The notes beneath the pieces were generated by a model. It saw nothing but the letters and a program-made list of their open reading frames with translations. It had not been told where the DNA came from and ran no database searches. DNA of 50,324 nt from Candidatus Dormiibacterota bacterium (GTDB lineage: Bacteria > Chloroflexota > Dormibacteria > Aeolococcales > Aeolococcaceae): contig DAITPY010000008.1 of NCBI GenBank assembly GCA_036833315.1, forward strand, positions 1-50,324, in the 5' to 3' direction. A program made the translations under genes and the position numbers. Below are positions 38,975-45,884 of this stretch, one piece after another (position 1 is the stretch's first letter; the number at the start of each line of letters is the position of its first letter).

Positions 38975-39558
38975 CGTCCGGCACCGAACGAGGCGCGCTC
39001 GGCGGCCTCGCGGCGCTCACCTGCAAGCGGGTCGGGCGGCGCCGCGAACGCACGCCAGGCGAGCGCGCACAACACCGCGGCGACGCACGCGATGTCGATG
39101 GCGAGCATCCACACCGCGGTGCTGTCGGTGCCGGTGCCGATGCCGTGCAGCACCGCAACCGGCCAGCATGCGTAGGCGAGCCAGTGGATCGCGCGCCAGG
39201 TGCGCGCACCGATGTGGTGACGGAGCAGGCTGGTCGCCACGATCGCGAGCAGCAGCTCGAAAGCGATTGTCCCGAGACCGAGCCAGAGCGTGCGGTAGTA
39301 CGAGCCGAACGGCACCACCGCGGCCACGATGCCGAGGTGCGTGAAGGGATCGACCACCGCGGTGACGATGTGCAGCAGCAGGAAGACGAGCGTCATCAGC
39401 GCGAGGTCCCGGTGCACGGCCGCGCTGAGGAACCGCGGCCAGCCGCGGCTTTCGACGCGGAGCCGGGCGAGCAATCCGAGCACGACGACCGCGCTGAGCA
39501 GGATGAGGCTGACGGCGCCCGCGCCGCGAGTCGTGTACCAGAGCAGTTGATCGGACAT
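38971..39558 (-). CDS. Ferric-reductase/MsrQ-like heme b membrane protein
   Basis: Multi-TM with four His in helices (VHRDL, LLHIV, AIHWLAY, VLHGIG). Confidence 0.88.
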   Translation of the reverse strand: MSDQLLWYTTRGAGAVSLILLSAVVVLGLLARLRVESRGWPRFLSAAVHRDLALMTLVFLLLHIVTAVVDPFTHLGIVAAVVPFGSYYRTLWLGLGTIAFELLLAIVATSLLRHHIGARTWRAIHWLAYACWPVAVLHGIGTGTDSTAVWMLAIDIACVAAVLCALAWRAFAAPPDPLAGERREAAERASFGAGR

Positions 39559-40985
39559 CAGGTCACGCTCGCCGGGAGCTCGATCCGGAAGGTCGCGCCG
39601 CCGCCTGGAGTGTCGTCGACGCTGATCCGGCCGCCATGGGCCGTCACCACCGCCGACGCGATGCTCAAGCCGAGCCCGCTGCCTCCCTGGTCGCGGCTGC
39701 GCAGCGGATCGGCGCGATGAAAGCGCTCGAAGATGCGTTCGCGCTGTGCCCCTGGGACGCCGGGCCCATGATCGATGACGTCGATCTCCGCGTGTCCGTC
39801 GAGCGCCTGCAGGCTGACCTCGACCGGACTCCCCGCAGGCGTGTGCACAAGCGCGTTACGGACGAGATTGGCGAGTGCCTGACGCAGGCGCAGGTCATCA
39901 CCGGTGACCACCATCGGCGCGGTGATCCTGGCGAGCACGGTTCGATCCGGATCTGCGGCGCGAGCGTCGCTCACCGCGTCGTTGATCATCGAGGTGAGGT
40001 CGACGGGCCCTTTGTCGAGCGGCCGGCGCTGGTCCAGCCGTGCGAGCAGGAGCAGGTCGTCGACGAGCAGTCCCATGCGCCGGGTCTCGTCCTCGATGCG
40101 CCGCACCGCCAGCAGCACGTCCTCGCGCGACATGTCGGGAGTGCGCTGCAGCAACTCCGCATACCCGCGCATCGACGTGAGCGGTGTGCGCAGCTCGTGC
40201 GATGCATCGGAGACGAAATGACGGAGCCGCTGTTCGACCACCTCACGCTCCGCGAAGGCGCGTTCGATCTGGCCGAGCATCGCGTTGAGTGCGAGCCCGA
40301 GCCTGCCCACCTCGGTGCGCTCGTTCGACGGTTCCACGCGGCTGCCGAGGCCACTCGCGGCAATCGTCCGTGCGGTGGCGCCCATGCGCTCGAGGGGCCG
40401 CATGCCCCGGCGGACCAGCAGCCATGTCGCTACCAGCACGAGGATCGTGATGCCGCTGCTGATCGCGATCTCAAACAGCAGCAAGGTGCTCAGGGTGTGG
40501 TCGATGCCGTCGACACCGTCGAGCGGGACGGCCACCACCGACTGCGCGCCTTGGACCGGCGAGTTCTGGAGCGGCGTGACGTACACGCGGTACGACTCCC
40601 ACGTCCCGGTCCCCGGCACCGTCAGCGCCTGCCCGGAATCCTTTGCGATCCCGGTGGGGAACAGCGGATGCGACGACGAGGTGGTGACCGTCCCGCCGTA
40701 CAGATAGCCTCCCACCGCGACTGCCCCGTTGGAATAGACGATCTCGCCGTAGGTCCCCGCCGGGAACGCGAACTCCTGACCGAAGCCACCGCCCGGCCCC
40801 CCGGGACCCTGGTCTCCCGAGTGTTCGAGCACATTGACGACGCCCTGTTGAATATCAACGAGCTGCAGGTCGACGTTCCGCAGCAACGAGGTTTGCACGG
40901 CCGCATAGGTGCCGACATCTGCGGCGGCGAGGCCGATGATGAACAGCGGGGCGAGGGTGAGCAGCAGACGGAGCCGGAGCGACAT
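39558..40985 (-). CDS. HAMP sensor histidine kinase (OmpR-family partner)
   Basis: Two TM segments, HAMP, DASHELRTPL, NLVRNA, DHGPG, GGSGLGL. Confidence 0.95.
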   Translation of the reverse strand: MSLRLRLLLTLAPLFIIGLAAADVGTYAAVQTSLLRNVDLQLVDIQQGVVNVLEHSGDQGPGGPGGGFGQEFAFPAGTYGEIVYSNGAVAVGGYLYGGTVTTSSSHPLFPTGIAKDSGQALTVPGTGTWESYRVYVTPLQNSPVQGAQSVVAVPLDGVDGIDHTLSTLLLFEIAISSGITILVLVATWLLVRRGMRPLERMGATARTIAASGLGSRVEPSNERTEVGRLGLALNAMLGQIERAFAEREVVEQRLRHFVSDASHELRTPLTSMRGYAELLQRTPDMSREDVLLAVRRIEDETRRMGLLVDDLLLLARLDQRRPLDKGPVDLTSMINDAVSDARAADPDRTVLARITAPMVVTGDDLRLRQALANLVRNALVHTPAGSPVEVSLQALDGHAEIDVIDHGPGVPGAQRERIFERFHRADPLRSRDQGGSGLGLSIASAVVTAHGGRISVDDTPGGGATFRIELPASVT

Positions 40986-41017
40986 CTACGCTCCGAGGCA
41001 CCTGATCGGCGCGCCGG

Positions 41018-41743
41018 TCACGCCTGCGCCGTGCTGGTGCGCGGCACGCGCATCACGTAGCCGACACCGCGGACGGTGTGGATCAGCGATGGCTCGACCT
41101 GATCGACCTTGCGCCGCAGGTAGCTGATGTACGTCTCGAGCACGCTCGCATCGCCGCCGAAGTCGTAGTCCCAGACGTGGTCGAGGATCTGCGTGCGCGA
41201 GAGCACACGACCACTGTTCATCATCAGGTAGCGCAACAGACGGAACTCTGTTCTGGTCAGGTCGACGGGGGTGCCGGCGCGGAAGACCTCGTGGGTCTCG
41301 TCGTCGAGCTCCAGGTCGTGGAGCACCAGCTTGCCGCTGGCGGCGCCGCCGTCCGGATTGTGGCGCCGCAGCACCACACGTATACGAGCGACCAGCTCCT
41401 CGATGCTGAAGGGCTTGGTGACGTAGTCGTCGCCGCCGATGGTCAGCCCGTGGACCTTCTCCTCGGTGGCATCGCGGGCGGTGAGAAAGATCACCGGCAC
41501 CTTGACGCCGTCGCTGATCAGGCGCTGCACGACCGTGAAGCCGTCGTCGTCGGGCAGGCCGACGTCGAGGATCATCAGGTCGGGACGGAAGTCCATGACC
41601 GCGTGGCGGGCGAGCTTCGCGGTGGCGGCAGTCTGCACCGAGAATCCCTCGTACTTCAGCGCCATCGCCACGAGGTCCGTGATCGCGCGCTCGTCATCGA
41701 CGACCAGGATCCGGTTGGGTTCCGCGGTGTTGAGGTTGGGCAC
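41018..41743 (-). CDS. OmpR/PhoB-family response regulator
   Basis: LVVDDE, ILDVGLP, FLTA, YVTKPF, winged helix with TVRGVGY. Confidence 0.95.
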   Translation of the reverse strand: MPNLNTAEPNRILVVDDERAITDLVAMALKYEGFSVQTAATAKLARHAVMDFRPDLMILDVGLPDDDGFTVVQRLISDGVKVPVIFLTARDATEEKVHGLTIGGDDYVTKPFSIEELVARIRVVLRRHNPDGGAASGKLVLHDLELDDETHEVFRAGTPVDLTRTEFRLLRYLMMNSGRVLSRTQILDHVWDYDFGGDASVLETYISYLRRKVDQVEPSLIHTVRGVGYVMRVPRTSTAQA

Positions 41744-41765
41744 CGACCCATCTTCGCGCGGAATT

Positions 41766-41793
41766 CTGGGAAAACGCTCAGAGCTTCTTTGGA
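41766..41793 (-). promoter_or_regulatory. Probable autoregulatory direct-repeat boxes upstream of the response regulator
   Basis: Minus strand: TCCAAA-N5-TCTGAG-N5-TCCCAG (11-bp period). Confidence 0.55.
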
Positions 41794-41806
41794 GCTTCCT
41801 CTGGCG

Positions 41807-42634
41807 TCAGGACGGAGCAGCCGTGCGCTGGCCCTGCCCGACCCCGAGCGGGAGCGACAGGCAGCGCACGCCGCCGCCCGCCTTGAGAAACTCGCCCATG
41901 GGCAGGGGCAGGATCGTGAAGCCGGCGGAGCGCAGGGGGGCGGCCAGCTGCGCGATGGTGAGCGAGGAGACCACCTGGCCGTCGACCGGCATCGCGTTGC
42001 ACGCGAAGCCTGCCGCCACCTCCACCGACACCTCGATCAGGTTCGGGACGAGCTGGCGGATCAGCCGAGCCGACTCCTCCGAAAAGGCGTCGGGAGCGGC
42101 GAGCACGGTGGTGGCGTCGAGCGGACAGAAGCAGGTGTCCAGGTGGTAGAAGCGCGAATCGACGAGTTCCAGGGACACCACCTCGACCTCGAGAATGCGT
42201 GCCACCGGGCGGTGCGATTCGCGATCGGTCCGGAATCCGGAGCCGCAGAACAGGCGATCGCCGACGAAGAGCGCATCGCCGGCGCCCTCGAACGACAGGG
42301 ATCGGGGCAGCTCATGGACCTCGAACCCCAGGCGCTCCAGCTCCCGCCGCCAGTGGGGCTCCTCGCCGGCGCGCTCCGCGTGGTGGAAATTGCTGAGCAC
42401 GGCTCTGCCGTCCCAGAGCACCGCCGCGTTGGCCGTGAAGACCATGTCCGGCAAACCGGCGACGGGCTCGGCGAGTTCGATCGCAAGCCCGAGATCGAGA
42501 TAGGTGCGATGCAGCGCGTCCCATTGCGCCTGCGCGAGCGCGTGGTCGACCTGCACCGCCACGTGCATCCAGGGATTGATCTCGTACTCGATCCCGTAAT
42601 GGTCCGGCCGGCACATGAGCACCGCACCGGTCAT
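41807..42634 (-). CDS. Amidinotransferase / dimethylarginine dimethylaminohydrolase-family protein
   Basis: YEINPWM, PDMVFTAN, FEGAGD, FYHLDT, GGGVRCL. Confidence 0.9.
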   Translation of the reverse strand: MTGAVLMCRPDHYGIEYEINPWMHVAVQVDHALAQAQWDALHRTYLDLGLAIELAEPVAGLPDMVFTANAAVLWDGRAVLSNFHHAERAGEEPHWRRELERLGFEVHELPRSLSFEGAGDALFVGDRLFCGSGFRTDRESHRPVARILEVEVVSLELVDSRFYHLDTCFCPLDATTVLAAPDAFSEESARLIRQLVPNLIEVSVEVAAGFACNAMPVDGQVVSSLTIAQLAAPLRSAGFTILPLPMGEFLKAGGGVRCLSLPLGVGQGQRTAAPS

Positions 42635-43740
42635 GCGCGCGGCCGAGGCAGGAGCGTGGAATCACCCAGAGGGAGGGGCACGAGCAGGGTCGGGGCGAAT
42701 CCGGCGTGGCGCCCCGCCGCGGGTGGCGGGACGGCAGGCCGGCGCAGGCACCAGCGCGGATCCACGTCGTCGCGCACCGCGGCCAGCGCCGGATGCAGCA
42801 GCGTGCCGCGCGCGGCACGTCCCTGATGCCGGACCGTGGCGGTGAGCGCCGGTCTCAGCCAGGTCGCATCGACCGGCTGCACACCCTCGAGCATCGCCGC
42901 GCCAACCCGGAGGGCGAATGCGCGCTGCCCCAGCCAGCGGCTGACCATCAGTTCCTGCGGACCCTCGACCTGTCCCGCGAAGACGAGACGCCCGGCGACG
43001 TGCTCCCCGAGGATCAGCCGCGCCGTCCCGCGGCGTCCCTGCTCGATCCCGGCGATCACGCAAGTGGTCTGATCCGTGAGCTGGATGCGCAGCCGGTCCG
43101 GCGATGCGACCCCGGGTCGGTAGGGGGCCGATCCCCGCCGCGCGATCAGCGCCGGCAGGTCGCGAGCGGTGGCCGCAGCAGCCAGTGCGCAACCTCGACC
43201 GCGGACGTGATCGGGTACCTGGAGCACGTCCCCTTTGCCGGCGAACTCGCGCAGCGCATCGAGGCGCCTGTCCAGGGTCCATCCGGTGGTTGGACGGCCA
43301 TCCAGGTGGAGGACGTCGAAGGCAAGGTACACCGCGGGGAGATCCGCGGCGAGCGCCGGACCGGCGGCGAGACGCCGTCCGAGAGCGGCGAGATCCGGGC
43401 GTCCCTGGGCGTCGAGGACCGCGATGACGCCGTCGAGCACAGCCGCGCGGCGTGGCGGTATCGCCAGCGTTTCGGAGACGTCCGGGAAGCGGCGAGCAAG
43501 ATCGCGGAGGGTCTCTCCCTGGAGGCGGACCGGGCCACCAGGATCGAGGTAGAGCAGCGAGCGGGCTCCGTCCCAGTCGATGCTGAACAGCCAGTCGAGG
43601 TCGTCGAACGGCTCGGCGCAGGGCACCGACGCCTCCAGCGGTATGTGTCCCGGCAGCAACGGCGGCGTCGGCGTCCGGAAGAGCAGCGGCTCGGCGAGCG
43701 CCGTCGCGGCGGCGCGAGACGCTCCCGCCCTGGTCGACAC
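42631..43740 (-). CDS. ATP-dependent DNA ligase homolog lacking catalytic residues (pseudo-ligase)
   Basis: Collinear with the LigD ligase+OB domains, but motif I reads FSIDWDG (no Lys) and motifs III, IV and V are degenerate. Confidence 0.8.
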   Translation of the reverse strand: MSTRAGASRAAATALAEPLLFRTPTPPLLPGHIPLEASVPCAEPFDDLDWLFSIDWDGARSLLYLDPGGPVRLQGETLRDLARRFPDVSETLAIPPRRAAVLDGVIAVLDAQGRPDLAALGRRLAAGPALAADLPAVYLAFDVLHLDGRPTTGWTLDRRLDALREFAGKGDVLQVPDHVRGRGCALAAAATARDLPALIARRGSAPYRPGVASPDRLRIQLTDQTTCVIAGIEQGRRGTARLILGEHVAGRLVFAGQVEGPQELMVSRWLGQRAFALRVGAAMLEGVQPVDATWLRPALTATVRHQGRAARGTLLHPALAAVRDDVDPRWCLRRPAVPPPAAGRHAGFAPTLLVPLPLGDSTLLPRPRA

Positions 43741-43757
43741 CCCTGTTCCGCGAAGCC

Positions 43758-44618
43758 TCAGGAGGCCCGGCGGCGGCGGGCCGGTTCCACCGATTCGGCC
43801 TCGTCGGAGGCGGCTTCCTCGGCGTCGGCGCTCTCGGAGCGGCGCGACTTCGCCGCTTCGACCGAGGCTTTGAGCGCGGCCATGAGGTCGGTGACCTTGC
43901 CCTGCTCCGGAGCCTCCGGCCGTTCCAGAGGTTGGTTGTTCAATTTCGCTTCGACGACCTGGATCAGGGCTTCGCGATAGGCGTCGTGATAGCGGGCGGG
44001 GTCGAAGTGCGCGCTGAGGTTTTCGATGAGCATCACCGCCATGTCGAGCTCGCCCTTCTTGAGGTCGGCGTCCTCGGCAGGGATGCTCAGCTCCCCCGCG
44101 GAGCGGATCTCGTCTGGCCAGTGGAGGGTGTTGAGCAGCAGGCCCGTCTCATGGAGCGCAAGCCGGCAGAGGTGTTCGCGGTCGCGGAGCGCGATCTTGC
44201 CGATGGCGACCATGCCGGTCTTCTCGAGGGCCTGGCGCAGGAGGGCGTAGGGCTTCGCGCCGACCGCCTCAGGCTCCAGGTAGTACGCGCTCTTGAGGTA
44301 GACGCCGGCTTCGATCTCCGAGTCCGGGCAGAACTCCACGATCTCGATCGTGTGCGTGGTGGTCAGGGGGAGATGGTCGAGGTCGGAGTCGCTGACGACG
44401 ACGTACTCGTCCTTGCCGACCTCGTAACCGCGAAGCGCGTCGCTCCAGCCGATCTCGCGATCCTCCTCCGGACACCAGCGCTTGTTGCGCACCGGCGTCT
44501 GGTCGTTCGGACACAGCAACCGGAACGAGACGCTCTTCGATTCGGTCGCCAGGTACAGCCGCACGGGAATTGCCACCATGCCGAAGCTGATGGCCCCGCG
44601 CCACATCGATCGAGGCAT
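43758..44618 (-). CDS. ku: Ku NHEJ DNA-end-binding protein
   Basis: MPRSMWRGAISFGMVAIPV, YYLEP, KPYALL, TLHWPDEIR, YHDAYRE, DLMAALKAS. Confidence 0.96.
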   Translation of the reverse strand: MPRSMWRGAISFGMVAIPVRLYLATESKSVSFRLLCPNDQTPVRNKRWCPEEDREIGWSDALRGYEVGKDEYVVVSDSDLDHLPLTTTHTIEIVEFCPDSEIEAGVYLKSAYYLEPEAVGAKPYALLRQALEKTGMVAIGKIALRDREHLCRLALHETGLLLNTLHWPDEIRSAGELSIPAEDADLKKGELDMAVMLIENLSAHFDPARYHDAYREALIQVVEAKLNNQPLERPEAPEQGKVTDLMAALKASVEAAKSRRSESADAEEAASDEAESVEPARRRRAS

Positions 44619-44663
44619 GGCGGATCGAGTATAGAGGCGCGGGATCGCCTTGGACGATCCAGG

Positions 44664-45185
44664 TCAGGCGGCGGCGAGCAGCCGGTCGTACGCGATCTTC
44701 AGCTCCGGGTAGCGCAGGAAGATGATGTGCGCGTACTCCTGGGTCAGTGGCACCGGCTTGCGCCGCAGTTGGAGTCCCACCTCCTCCGGACGGTGGTTCG
44801 CCTTGCGCCAGTTGCACTTCCGGCAGGCGATCACCACGTTGTCCCAGCGGTCGGGTGCGCCACCACGCGACACCGGGATGACATGGTCCACGGTGAGCTC
44901 GGCGGCGCTGCCGAGACGGCCGCAGTACTGGCACGTGTGGTCGTCGCGCAGGAGCAGGTTGCGACGATTGGGACGGAGCAGCCGCCGCGGCACATGGATG
45001 GTGCGGAGCAGGCGGACGATGACCACGCCGTCAGGCAGGCGACGCCCGGCGAGTGCCTCGGCTGCTGACCGCTCGGCAGCCTCGTCAACGAACGCCACCC
45101 GCTCCTTGGTCAGGAGTACCACCAACCGCCGGTGACTGATCACGTTGAGCGGCTGCATCGAGGCGTTGAGCAGCAGCACTGCCAT
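44664..45185 (-). CDS. HNH endonuclease (McrA-like)
   Basis: LLLNAS, RDDHTCQYCG, TVDHVIP, CRKCN..K; TAGAAT-N6-ATG. Confidence 0.92.
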   Translation of the reverse strand: MAVLLLNASMQPLNVISHRRLVVLLTKERVAFVDEAAERSAAEALAGRRLPDGVVIVRLLRTIHVPRRLLRPNRRNLLLRDDHTCQYCGRLGSAAELTVDHVIPVSRGGAPDRWDNVVIACRKCNWRKANHRPEEVGLQLRRKPVPLTQEYAHIIFLRYPELKIAYDRLLAAA

Positions 45186-45229
45186 TGCCGAATTCTATTG
45201 GGAAATGGGCGTTTAGCGTTGCCCGCCGG

Positions 45230-45844
45230 TCACGTGTAGGGGGCGGACTTGATCGGGCCGACCTTGAAGGCGCCGGCGCACACACCGCTCAGCGCCGTCG
45301 CAGTCACGTCGGTCTGGAACCCGGAGGTTGGAAGGGTGACCTGCCAGTACTTCGGCGATACGGCCGACGGCGCGGGACAAACGTCGGTCCACCAGACGAG
45401 GAAGTAGCCATGTCCCGTCGCGCCGACCGCGCCGAGCGGCTCCGTGCCCGGGGCGAGGTCGACCGGTCCAGGAGAAGCCAGGGAGTTGTCATTGGTCCAG
45501 GTGTCCGGCAGCTTCGCTCCGCTCGACGACAGCATCTGCAGATGCGCGTAGCCGTTCTCAGTGCAGTCACTCGTCGAGGTATTGCGAATCTCGAAGGTCG
45601 CGTAGATGGTGCCGGCGGCACCCTGCTGATTGTTGATGGTGATATCGAACTGCCCGGGCTTGCACGGCAGCGCAGGGGTCGCGGTTGGCGTCGGTGTGGG
45701 TATCGGCGCGACAGTCGGCGTCGCCGTGGCCACGGAGGTCGCCGACGGGGTCGCGGTCGGCGTCGTATTCGACGAATCGGAACCGCAGGCCGACAGAGCG
45801 CTCCCCCCCACGACAGCTGCGAGCGCAACGAGCCACCGGTGCAT
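45230..45844 (-). CDS. Lipoprotein with a DUF4232-like domain
   Basis: Lipobox LSAC, Thr/Pro linker, C..G..GAAG...N.S..DC...GY pattern; start ATG 45844. Confidence 0.75.
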   Translation of the reverse strand: MHRWLVALAAVVGGSALSACGSDSSNTTPTATPSATSVATATPTVAPIPTPTPTATPALPCKPGQFDITINNQQGAAGTIYATFEIRNTSTSDCTENGYAHLQMLSSSGAKLPDTWTNDNSLASPGPVDLAPGTEPLGAVGATGHGYFLVWWTDVCPAPSAVSPKYWQVTLPTSGFQTDVTATALSGVCAGAFKVGPIKSAPYT

Positions 45845-45884
45845 AGCGCTGGAGCGTACCCGCTGCGGGCGGATCATGCGCACC

